Below are positions 1-8,762 of a stretch of DNA of 38,223 nt, in pieces. The translations under genes were made by a program, and so were the position numbers. The DNA lies in assembly GCA_934167435.1 (NCBI GenBank), contig CAKPKZ010000001.1, positions 1-38,223 on the forward strand. Reading direction: 5' to 3'. Origin of the DNA: an uncultured Clostridia bacterium (lineage in GTDB: Bacteria > Bacillota > Clostridia > TANB77 > CAG-508). How positions within the stretch are numbered: position 1 is the first letter of the stretch; each line of letters starts with the position of its first letter. The notes below the pieces were generated by a model. That model ran no database searches, was not told where the DNA came from, and worked only from the letters and a program-made list of their open reading frames with translations.

Positions 1-1590
1 GATAAATTGTATACACGAGATTATTATTCAAAAACAACATATTTTAGATTGTTTATACCAAACCTTTATCCACAATATAATAAAGTATTATATTTGGATA
101 GTGATGTTGTAGTACTTGGAGATATTTCAAAATTATACAATGTAGAGTTAGGAAATAATTTAGTAGCAGCAGCACCAGATGATGTTATTCAAACTAATAA
201 AGTTTTTCAAGAATATGCAGAAAAGGTTGTAGGTGTAGCAGATTATAGAAATTATTTTAATGCAGGAATTCTTTTAATGAACTTAGATGAATTTAGAAAG
301 TTTAAATTCCAAGAAAAGTTTCTATATTTGTTAGAAACAATAAAATTTACTGTTGCACAAGATCAAGACTATTTAAACAGATTATCTAAAGGAAAAGTTA
401 AACTTATAGATAAAACATGGGATAGAATGCCAATTGCAGTAGATGATGTAAAAGAAGAAGATATAAAAATTATTCATTATAATTTAGCATATAAGCCATG
501 GCACTTTGAAGATATTTTATATAAAGAATATTTTTGGGACTATGCTCAAAAAACAGAGTTTTTTAATGATATTGTAAAAATAAAAGATAGCTATACCCAA
601 GAAGACAGATTTAAAGATATGGAACAATATAAAAGACTACAAGAATTAGCTCAAAAAGAATGTGACTGTGTTGGAGATGACAGAAATTACAGAAGATATC
701 AAAAGGTTGTTGAAAAATCCCAAGATAGATTAGAAGTACTAGAAAAAATAAAAAAATTAGAAGAAGATGGAATATTTGATGTTGATGTAGAAGAAGATCC
801 ACCAACAATTCCATTAACTCCTGAAAATGTAGATTATTTAAGAGAAAGCAAAAGGAATAAAATTAAAAATAAAGTTGCCAATAGCATGGGAAAGAAATTT
901 TTAAATGACTTATTAAAAGATAAAAAATTAATTATTAAAGATGTTAAAGGAATTGAAAACTTACAAAAAGTACAAACTGGAGCAATGATAACATGCAATC
1001 ACTTTAATTCATATGACTCTTTTGCTATTGAAAATGTTTTTAGAATTTCAGGTCAATCAAAAAACAAAAAATTATATAAAGTTATAAGAGAAGGAAATTA
1101 TACAAATTTTCCAGGGCTTTATGGTTTTTTCTTCAGAAACTGCGATACTTTACCATTAAGTTCAAATAAAAGAACAATGATAAAATTTATGGAAGCAGTT
1201 GAAGTTATTTTACAAAAAAAAGATTTTATTTTAATATATCCAGAGCAAAGTATGTGGTGGAATTATAGAAAACCAAAGCCATTAAAAAATGGAGCTTTTA
1301 AGTTAGCTGCAAGAAATAACGTACCTGTTATACCAATATTTATTACAATGCAAGATAGTAATATAACAGGAAAAGATGGTTTTCCTGTACAAGAGTATAT
1401 TGTAAACATAGAAGAACCAATATATCCAGACAATAATTTAACAGAAAGAGAAAATACTAATATAATGAGAGATAAAAATTTTGAGGTTTGGAAGCAAATA
1501 TACGAAAAATTTTACAAAATACCTCTTAAATACAATACAGAAAGTAACAAGGCAAACAAGCTAAATGAGGACATTAATAATGAAAAATAA
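1..1590 (+). CDS. 5'-truncated (window edge) fusion protein: glycosyltransferase family 8 domain + PlsC/LPLAT-type acyltransferase domain
   Basis: The frame is open from base 1 (track ORF 7..1590). The N-part has GT8 hallmarks (YLDSDVVVLGD DxD box, NYFNAGILLMN, HYN..KPW). The C-part has an acyltransferase HX4D-type box (NHFNSYDSF) and an IYPEQS box. Confidence 0.7.
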   Translation, partial: DKLYTRDYYSKTTYFRLFIPNLYPQYNKVLYLDSDVVVLGDISKLYNVELGNNLVAAAPDDVIQTNKVFQEYAEKVVGVADYRNYFNAGILLMNLDEFRKFKFQEKFLYLLETIKFTVAQDQDYLNRLSKGKVKLIDKTWDRMPIAVDDVKEEDIKIIHYNLAYKPWHFEDILYKEYFWDYAQKTEFFNDIVKIKDSYTQEDRFKDMEQYKRLQELAQKECDCVGDDRNYRRYQKVVEKSQDRLEVLEKIKKLEEDGIFDVDVEEDPPTIPLTPENVDYLRESKRNKIKNKVANSMGKKFLNDLLKDKKLIIKDVKGIENLQKVQTGAMITCNHFNSYDSFAIENVFRISGQSKNKKLYKVIREGNYTNFPGLYGFFFRNCDTLPLSSNKRTMIKFMEAVEVILQKKDFILIYPEQSMWWNYRKPKPLKNGAFKLAARNNVPVIPIFITMQDSNITGKDGFPVQEYIVNIEEPIYPDNNLTERENTNIMRDKNFEVWKQIYEKFYKIPLKYNTESNKANKLNEDINNEK

Positions 1591-2350
1591 AAAGGTAATT
1601 TATTACAAAGATGAATTAAATGACGAATTTTCAAATGTTAAAATACAACCTAGAGTTATAGATGAAAATTATAAATATATTCATAAAAACCCATTATGGA
1701 ATATATGCTCATATATTTTGCAAAATATATTAAGTGTTCCAATAAAAATATTTTATTCTAAGATTAAATTTAGAATAAAATATATAGGTAAAGAAAAAAT
1801 ACGAAAATATAAAAAGCAAGGATATTTTATATATGCAAATCATACTCAAGCATTTGCAGATACATTTATACCAAGTAACCCGATTTATCCAAAAAGAAAT
1901 TTCTTTATAGTAAATCCTGAAAATGTTTCAATGAAACATTTAGAGACTATAGTAGAAATGTTAGGGGCGTTACCTATTCCAAATAATAAAAGTGCTACTA
2001 AAAATTTTTTAGAAGCGGTAAAACAAAAAGTGGAGAATGGATTTGCAGTTACAATATACCCTGAAGCGCATATATGGCCATATTATACGAAGATAAGACC
2101 ATTTAAATCTGTGTCATTTAAATATCCAGTTAAACTAAAAAAACCAGCATTTTGTATGACAAATACATATCAAAAAACCAATAATAACAAGATCAAGATT
2201 GTTACATATATAGATGGACCATTTTTTACAAATGAAAAATTATCATTACAAGAGCAAAAAGAAGATTTGAGAAACCAAATATATAATTGTATGGTAAAAA
2301 GAAGTCAAAATAGCAATATAGAATACATTAAATATATAAAGTCTAAGTGA
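1580..2350 (+). CDS. PlsC/LPLAT-family acyltransferase
   Basis: Track ORF 1565..2350. The ATG at 1580 (MKNKK) overlaps the upstream stop. HX4D box ANHTQAFADTF and YPEAH box are present. Confidence 0.7.
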   Translation: MKNKKVIYYKDELNDEFSNVKIQPRVIDENYKYIHKNPLWNICSYILQNILSVPIKIFYSKIKFRIKYIGKEKIRKYKKQGYFIYANHTQAFADTFIPSNPIYPKRNFFIVNPENVSMKHLETIVEMLGALPIPNNKSATKNFLEAVKQKVENGFAVTIYPEAHIWPYYTKIRPFKSVSFKYPVKLKKPAFCMTNTYQKTNNNKIKIVTYIDGPFFTNEKLSLQEQKEDLRNQIYNCMVKRSQNSNIEYIKYIKSK

Positions 2351-2366
2351 AAAGGAGAATATACAT

Positions 2367-3342
2367 ATGATAGAGTATGCAAATACATTTATAAATGGGA
2401 CAGATACATTTGCAGAGCCCAAAATTAAAGTTCTAGGCATTGGCCGGAGGAGGCAACAATGCTGTTAGACAAATGATTGAAAATAAAGTTAAAAATGTTG
2501 AGTTTTATTTTTTAAATACAGAGAAAGGAATATTAAATAGGGCAAATACTATTAATGTCTTGCAAATAGGTAAAGAGACAACTAAAGGTTTAGGTGCTGG
2601 CGCCAATCCAGATGTTGGTGAAAAGTCTGCAATAGAAAGCAAAGAGGAAATAAAAGAAATATTACAAGGTACAGATTTATTATTCTTAACATCAGGAATG
2701 GGTGGAGGAACAGGAACAGGAGCAATTCCAGTAGTTGCAGAATTAGCAAAGGAAATGGGGATTACAACAATTGGAATTGTAACAAGTCCATTTCTATTTG
2801 AGGGAAAGCAAAGAGCAATTAGAGCTAAAAAAGGAATTGAAAAATTAAAAAATAATGTTAATAGTTTAATAATAATTTCAAATGATAAATTACTAAAAAC
2901 TACTAATAATAAAATAAGTATAAAAAACGCATTTAAATTAGCCGATGATGTTATAGAACAAGGAATAAAAAGTATAACAGACATAATTACATCAATAGGA
3001 GATGTTAATGTGGATTTTGCAGATATTATAACTATATTGCAGTATAAAGGAATGGCTTATATGGCAATAGGACAAGCAAGTGGAGAACATAGGATGGAAG
3101 ATGCTGTTAAACAAGCTATAAATAATCCTCTTACAGAAAATACAATAAAAGATGCAAAAGGTATTATTTTTAATGTTAGGGCAAACTCTAATTTAGAATT
3201 AAATGAGTTAAATGATGGAATGAATATAGTAAATGATTTAATTAGTGAAGATGCAAATGTTATATTTGGAACCACTGTAGATGAAACACTTGGAGATGAA
3301 ATTATAGTAACTGTAATTGCAACAGGAGTAGCAGAGCAATAA
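2367..3342 (+). CDS. ftsZ: FtsZ-family GTPase with no C-terminal linker or tail; reading frame interrupted by one extra C at 2445
   Basis: RBS AAAGGAGA (2351-2358) precedes ATG 2367. Frame 0 gives MIEYANTFINGTDTFAEPKIKVLGIG, then CGG and a stop at 2466. The +1 frame (track ORF 2440..3342) continues GGGNNAVRQMIE. It also has GMGGGTGTG (tubulin signature) and NVDFADI (T7 loop). The protein ends at VIATGVAEQ right after the core. Confidence 0.8.
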
Positions 3343-3360
3343 CGTGTTAAGGGGGAAAAA

Positions 3361-3759
3361 ATGAAAATATCAACCAAAGGAAGGTATGCCTTAAAATTAA
3401 TGATAGATTTAGCAATGAATAGCAAAGAAGAATATGTAACATTAAAAGATATTTCTAAAAGGCAAGGAATATCAAATAAATATTTAGAACAAATTGTTGC
3501 TATGTTAAATAAAGCAGGGTATTTAAAAACAGCAAGAGGAAATAATGGTGGATATAAATTAACAAAAAAGCCAGAAGATTATAAGGTTGGCGATATATTA
3601 AGAGCAACAGAAGGGGATCTAGCACCAATTATGTGTTTAACACAAAGTGGAGCATGTGACAAGAAAACTAAATGTATAACATACTCATTTTGGGAAGGAT
3701 TAGATAAAGTAATAAATGATTATGTTGATAGCAAGACATTAGCAGATTTTATAAAATAA
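3361..3759 (+). CDS. Rrf2-family transcriptional regulator, IscR-like (three-Cys cluster site)
   Basis: The N-terminus MKISTKGRYALKLMIDLA is typical of Rrf2. It has the Cys triad MCLTQSGACDKKTKC and sits directly upstream of the suf operon. Confidence 0.85.
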   Translation: MKISTKGRYALKLMIDLAMNSKEEYVTLKDISKRQGISNKYLEQIVAMLNKAGYLKTARGNNGGYKLTKKPEDYKVGDILRATEGDLAPIMCLTQSGACDKKTKCITYSFWEGLDKVINDYVDSKTLADFIK

Positions 3760-3766
3760 AGTATAT

Positions 3767-3799
3767 AAGAGTCTATTTAATAATAGATTCTTATTTTTA
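3767..3799 (+). terminator. Putative intrinsic terminator after the Rrf2 gene
   Basis: Stem AAGAGTCTATT / AATAGATTCTT (one G-U pair) followed by ATTTTTAT. Confidence 0.45.
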
Positions 3800-3804
3800 T
3801 TACT

Positions 3805-3863
3805 ATTTCCTATTGACTTACTAGGAAATAAATAGTATAATTCCTATTATGTTAGTAGGAATT
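3805..3863 (+). promoter_or_regulatory. Two related palindromes overlapping the suf promoter (candidate Rrf2/IscR operators)
   Basis: ATTTCCTA-N9-TAGGAAAT (3805-3829) covers the -35 box. AATTCCTA-N9-TAGGAATT (3839-3863) covers the -10 box and the start region. Confidence 0.5.
3813..3841 (+). promoter_or_regulatory. Sigma-A type promoter of the suf operon
   Basis: TTGACT (3813-3818), 17-nt spacer, TATAAT (3836-3841), about 43 nt upstream of the sufC ATG. Confidence 0.6.
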
Positions 3864-3883
3864 ACAAAATATAGGAGGATTAT

Positions 3884-4630
3884 ATGAAAAGTTTATTAAA
3901 TATAGAAGATTTATATGTTAATGCAGAAGATAAAGAAATATTAAAAGGATTAAATTTAAATATAAAAAAGGGTGAAATTCATGTGATAATGGGCCCAAAT
4001 GGAGCTGGAAAGTCAACACTTGCAAATGTTATATTAAATAATCCTGAATATAAAAAAATAAGTGGAAATATTTATTTTGAAGACGAAAATATAAATGAAT
4101 TGTCAACTGATAAAATTGCTAAAAAAGGAATTTTTATGTCATTCCAATCACCTGAAGAGGTACCTGGGATTTCAACAATGAATTTTTTAAAAGTAGCTAA
4201 AAATAAAATAGAAGACAAGCCAGTAAAAATATTTGAATTTAAAGAGACAGTAAAGAAATATATGGAAGAATTAAATATGAACTCTAAGTTAATAAATAGA
4301 AACTTAAATGTTGGATTTTCAGGAGGAGAAAAAAAGAAAAATGAAATATTACAAATGCTTGTGCTAAATCCAAAACTTGCAATATTAGATGAAACAGATT
4401 CTGGTTTAGATATAGATAGTGTAAGAACAGTTTCTAAGGGAATTAATATGTTTAAAACAGAAGAAAATGCAGTTTTAATAATAACACATAACATGAAAAT
4501 ATTAGAGAACCTAAAAGTTGATTATGTTCATATTTTAATAGATGGAAAAATTGTAGAGACAGGTTCTCAAGAATTAGTAAAATATATCGAAGAAAACGGT
4601 TTTAGTAAATACAAGAAAGTAGGTAAATAA
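3884..4630 (+). CDS. sufC: Fe-S cluster assembly ATPase SufC
   Basis: Walker A GPNGAGKST, ABC signature FSGGEKKK, Walker B LAILDETDSGLD. It is the first gene of a suf cluster. Confidence 0.92.
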   Translation: MKSLLNIEDLYVNAEDKEILKGLNLNIKKGEIHVIMGPNGAGKSTLANVILNNPEYKKISGNIYFEDENINELSTDKIAKKGIFMSFQSPEEVPGISTMNFLKVAKNKIEDKPVKIFEFKETVKKYMEELNMNSKLINRNLNVGFSGGEKKKNEILQMLVLNPKLAILDETDSGLDIDSVRTVSKGINMFKTEENAVLIITHNMKILENLKVDYVHILIDGKIVETGSQELVKYIEENGFSKYKKVGK

Positions 4631-4633
4631 TTT

Positions 4634-6031
4634 ATGAAAACTAAAGTAAATGATATAAATAGAAATATATATGATATAAAAAATGAAGATAATTATGATT
4701 TTAAAATAAAAAAAGGTTTAAATAAAGAAATTGTAGAAGAAATTTCGAAACAAAAAAACGATCCAGATTGGATGAGAAAAATAAGACTAAAAGCACTTGA
4801 AACTTATGAAAAATTAGAACTTCCTACATGGGGACCAGATTTATCTGATTTAAAAATGGACGAAATAGCAACTTATGTAAAACCAAAATCAAAATTAAAT
4901 TCAAATTGGAACGATGTTCCAGAAGATATAAAAAATACATTTGACAAATTAGGCATTCCAGAGGCAGAAAAAAAATCATTATCTGGAGTTGGAGCTCAAT
5001 ATGATTCAGAAGTAGTATATCATAGTATAAAGCAAGACTTATTGAAACAAGGGGTAATATATACAGATATGGAAACAGCTGTAAAAGAATATCCTGAAAT
5101 AGTAAAAGAACATTTTATGAAATGTGTTGCAATAAATGATCATAAATTTGTAGCATTACATGCAGCAGTATGGTCTGGAGGTTCTTTTGTTTATGTGCCA
5201 AAAAATGTTAAAGTAGATATACCGCTTCAATCTTATTTTAGACTTAATTCGCCAGAATCCGGGCAATTTGAACATACATTAATAATTGTTGATGAAGGAG
5301 CAAGTCTTCATTTTATAGAAGGATGTTCAGCACCCAAATATAATAAAGTAAATCTTCATGCCGGGTGTGTTGAATTATATGTAAAAGATAATGCGTATCT
5401 TAGATATTCAACAATTGAAAATTGGTCAAAAAATATGATGAATTTAAATACTAAAAAAGCTATAGTCGGAAAAAATGCTCAAATAGACTGGGTAACAGGG
5501 TCTTTTGGCTCTAAAGTGTCAATGCTATATCCAATGAGCATTTTAAATGGAGAAAATGCTAAAACAGAATATACAGGAATAACATTTGCAGGAAAAGGTC
5601 AGAATTTAGATACAGGATTTAAAGTAATTCATAATGCACCAAACACATCATCTTTAGTAAATTCAAAATCTATTTCAAAAGACGGAGGAGCTTGTACTTA
5701 TAGAGCTTTAGTAAGAATTACAGAAAATGCTAAAAATGCAAAATGTAGTGTATCATGTGAATCTTTAATGTTAGATGATATATCAAAATCAGATACAATA
5801 CCAGTAAATGATATTAGAACAGACGAAGTTACATTTTCACATGAGGCAAAAATTGGAAAGATAAGTGATAAAGAAATTTTTTACTTAATGTCAAGAGGTC
5901 TTTCGGAAGAAGACGCAAAAGCAATGATTGTTCGTGGATTTGCTTATCCAATTTCAAAAGAATTGCCAGTAGAGTATGCTGTTGAAATGAATAATTTAAT
6001 AAATCTTGAATTAGAAGGGAGTATTGGCTAA
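4634..6031 (+). CDS. sufB: Fe-S cluster assembly scaffold SufB
   Basis: 465 aa with SufB-type C-terminal motifs (FSHEAKIGKISDKEIFYLMSRGLSEEDA). Positioned between sufC and sufD. Confidence 0.92.
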   Translation: MKTKVNDINRNIYDIKNEDNYDFKIKKGLNKEIVEEISKQKNDPDWMRKIRLKALETYEKLELPTWGPDLSDLKMDEIATYVKPKSKLNSNWNDVPEDIKNTFDKLGIPEAEKKSLSGVGAQYDSEVVYHSIKQDLLKQGVIYTDMETAVKEYPEIVKEHFMKCVAINDHKFVALHAAVWSGGSFVYVPKNVKVDIPLQSYFRLNSPESGQFEHTLIIVDEGASLHFIEGCSAPKYNKVNLHAGCVELYVKDNAYLRYSTIENWSKNMMNLNTKKAIVGKNAQIDWVTGSFGSKVSMLYPMSILNGENAKTEYTGITFAGKGQNLDTGFKVIHNAPNTSSLVNSKSISKDGGACTYRALVRITENAKNAKCSVSCESLMLDDISKSDTIPVNDIRTDEVTFSHEAKIGKISDKEIFYLMSRGLSEEDAKAMIVRGFAYPISKELPVEYAVEMNNLINLELEGSIG

Positions 6032-7071
6032 TGAATATAGAAATAAATAAAACTCCGGTTAGAACATCAAGAAACTTTGGAATAAATAATATAAGAATAG
6101 ATGAAGTAGAAATACCTAAAAATGTAGAAGCATTCACAACCTATAATATTGATTCTAAAAAGAGTATTATAAGTAATGATGTTAATCTTTCTGTTCTTAC
6201 ATATGGAAATGGTAAAGAACTAGAAGAGAATATAATAAAAAATGCTAATAATAAATTAAAAATAGAAACCAAAAAAGAGAACATAAAAATTGTATACGAG
6301 TTTGATGACAAAAATTTGAATCTTATAAATCAAATAGATATAGTAGGAAAAGAAGATGCTAACATAATAATAGAATATAATTCAAATACAAATCAAAAAT
6401 GCTTTCATAATGGAATAATAAAAGTATTAGCAAATGAAAATTGCAAATTAAATATAGTTATTATAAATTTATTAAATAATAATTCTTTAAATTTAGAATC
6501 AATAGAAACAAAAATTCTAAAAAATGCAATTGTTAATTACACAATAGTTGATATAGGAGCCAAAAAAAGTATTGTAAATTACTATGCAAATTGTTTGGGA
6601 GAGAATTCCAATAATGATTTAAAAAATATTTATTTAGGAAAAGAAAATGAAATTAAAGACTTAAATTATATAGCTCATTTGTATGGAAAAAAATCAATGG
6701 TTGATATTGATGCTCAAGGAGCAATAGATGGAAATTGTAAAAAGAACTTTAAAGGAACAATTGACTTTAAAAAAGGTTGTAAAAAAGCAAAAGGAAATGA
6801 AAAAGAATTTTGTTTATTATTATCTGAAGAAGCTAAAAGCATAGCACTTCCAATGTTATTAGCATCTGAAGAAGATGTTGAGGGAAATCACTCTACAGCG
6901 TCTGGAAAAGTTGAAAAAGAAATCTTATTTTATATAATGAGTAGAGGAATAAGCTATAAAGATGCAGTAAAATTAATAGTAAAATCAAGATTTAATAAGA
7001 TAATAGAGAGAATACAAGATGAAGAAGTAAAAAATAGAGTTATAAGTCAAATAGATAGGAGATTAGATTAA
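6031..7071 (+). CDS. sufD: Fe-S cluster assembly protein SufD
   Basis: SufB/D-family C-terminus (GNHSTASGKVEKEILFYIMSRGISYKDA). ATGA overlap with sufB. Confidence 0.85.
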   Translation: MNIEINKTPVRTSRNFGINNIRIDEVEIPKNVEAFTTYNIDSKKSIISNDVNLSVLTYGNGKELEENIIKNANNKLKIETKKENIKIVYEFDDKNLNLINQIDIVGKEDANIIIEYNSNTNQKCFHNGIIKVLANENCKLNIVIINLLNNNSLNLESIETKILKNAIVNYTIVDIGAKKSIVNYYANCLGENSNNDLKNIYLGKENEIKDLNYIAHLYGKKSMVDIDAQGAIDGNCKKNFKGTIDFKKGCKKAKGNEKEFCLLLSEEAKSIALPMLLASEEDVEGNHSTASGKVEKEILFYIMSRGISYKDAVKLIVKSRFNKIIERIQDEEVKNRVISQIDRRLD

Positions 7072-8286
7072 ATGGATTTTAAGAAAGATTTTCCAATTTT
7101 TGATAATAAAAATATAACATATTTGGATAGTGGTGCAACTACTCAAAAGCCCAAATATGTAATAGATAAAATAGAAGAATTTTATAAAAATACAAACGCT
7201 AATCCTCATAGAGGAGCTTATGGTTTGAGTATAGAAGCTACAGAAATATATGAAAATACAAGAAAAAAAATAGCAGATTTTATAGGGGCAAAATATGCAG
7301 AAGAAATTATATTTTCCAAAAATGCAAGTGAAAGTTTGAATTTATTAGCATATTCATATGGCCTTTCAAACTTGAAAGAAAATGATGATGTTGTTATTTC
7401 AATAATGGAACATCATTCTAATTTAGTTCCTTGGCAATTTGTTACAAAGAAGACAAAAAGTAATTTAAAATATATGTATATAAATAAAAATTTCGAACTT
7501 AGCAAAGAAGAAATAGAAGAAAAAATTACTAACAAAACAAAAATTGTTTCTATAACACATATATCTAATGTTTTAGGAACAATAAACAATGTAAAAGAAA
7601 TAATAAAATATGCCCATAAAAAAGGTGCTATTGTTATTGTAGATGCTTCGCAAAGTATTCCACACATGAAAATAGATGTACAAGATTTAGATGCAGACTT
7701 TTTAGTTTTTTCTGGTCATAAAATGTTTGCTCCATTAGGAATAGGTGTTTTATATGGAAAAAAGGAATTGCTAAATAATATGAACCCATTTTTAATGGGA
7801 GGAGATATGATAGAATATGTTTATGAGCAAGAAACAACATATGCATCACTTCCTAATAAATTTGAAGCTGGAACTCAAAATGTAGAAGGGGTTATAGGAC
7901 TTGGAGCTGCAATTGATTATATACAAAATATTGGATATGAAAAAATTTCGAATATAGAAGCAAATCTTTGTAAAAGAGCAAGAGAAGAATTAAAAAAATT
8001 AGATTTTGTAGATTTGTATATGACTCCAAATGAGAAAAATCATTCTGCTGTAATATCATTTAATATAAAAGGAGTACATCCCCATGATGTTTCAAGTATA
8101 CTAGATTCATGTGGAGTTTGTATTAGGTCTGGAAATCATTGTGCACAGCCTTTATTAAGATTTATGGGGATAGATTCTACATGTAGAGTTAGCTTTTCTA
8201 TATATAATACAGAAGAAGACATAGATAAGCTTGTATTTTCATTAAAAAAGGCTTATAATATGTTTGAAAAATATTTAAAAAAATAG
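7072..8286 (+). CDS. sufS: Cysteine desulfurase SufS (group II)
   Basis: PLP-lysine box FSGHKMFAP, HHSNLVPWQ, catalytic Cys box RSGNHCAQP. Confidence 0.92.
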   Translation: MDFKKDFPIFDNKNITYLDSGATTQKPKYVIDKIEEFYKNTNANPHRGAYGLSIEATEIYENTRKKIADFIGAKYAEEIIFSKNASESLNLLAYSYGLSNLKENDDVVISIMEHHSNLVPWQFVTKKTKSNLKYMYINKNFELSKEEIEEKITNKTKIVSITHISNVLGTINNVKEIIKYAHKKGAIVIVDASQSIPHMKIDVQDLDADFLVFSGHKMFAPLGIGVLYGKKELLNNMNPFLMGGDMIEYVYEQETTYASLPNKFEAGTQNVEGVIGLGAAIDYIQNIGYEKISNIEANLCKRAREELKKLDFVDLYMTPNEKNHSAVISFNIKGVHPHDVSSILDSCGVCIRSGNHCAQPLLRFMGIDSTCRVSFSIYNTEEDIDKLVFSLKKAYNMFEKYLKK

Positions 8287-8313
8287 AAATATTTAGGAAG
8301 AGGAATAATAGAA

Positions 8314-8745
8314 TTGGAGAATTTGGACGAATTATATAATGATTTAATTATGGAACATAGTATGAATTCATACAACAAAAAGAAATTAGAAAAATGTGAC
8401 TTTTGCGAAAAAGGGCATAATCCAAATTGTGGTGATGAAATAGAATTAGAATTAAAACTTAGTGGAAATAAGATTGAAGATATGGCATTTACAGGACATG
8501 GATGTGCAATATCACAAAGCTCTACATCTATAATGATAGATGTTTTAAAAGGGAAAACTATTCAAGAGGCAAAAGAAATCATAAAAATATTTATAGAAAT
8601 GATAAAAAGGGAAATAACTAACGAAGAAGAATTGAAAAGGTTAGAAGATGCTATTGCTTTTAAAAATGTATCAAATATGCCAGCAAGAGTAAAATGTGCG
8701 CTACTTGCATGGCATACAATGGATGAGTTATTAGAAAAAATATAA
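8314..8745 (+). CDS. sufU: SufU/IscU-like sulfur acceptor and scaffold
   Basis: TTG start after AGGAAGAGGA. Three conserved Cys contexts: [28 protein letters not shown]. Confidence 0.88.
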   Translation: MENLDELYNDLIMEHSMNSYNKKKLEKCDFCEKGHNPNCGDEIELELKLSGNKIEDMAFTGHGCAISQSSTSIMIDVLKGKTIQEAKEIIKIFIEMIKREITNEEELKRLEDAIAFKNVSNMPARVKCALLAWHTMDELLEKI

Positions 8746-8762
8746 AAGTTGGGGGAGGAAAA

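Noticed and set aside
2440-3342. Taking the TTG at 2440 as the genuine ftsZ start (as in the ORF track).
   Set aside because: That product would lack the first beta strand and half of the T1 loop. The upstream frame encodes exactly the missing MIEY...KIKVLGIG segment behind a strong RBS. The gene therefore starts at 2367 and is frame-broken.
2505-3425. Long antisense ORFs opposite ftsZ (2505..2984 -, 3057..3425 -). Similar shadows lie opposite sufC (4072..4494 -), uvrB (10176..10583 -), ackA (15570..15863 -) and rho (30631..30984 -, 31081..31632 -).
   Set aside because: They lie entirely within strongly supported sense genes, have no RBS, and give low-complexity hydrophobic translations. Such antisense frames are typical of AT-rich coding DNA.
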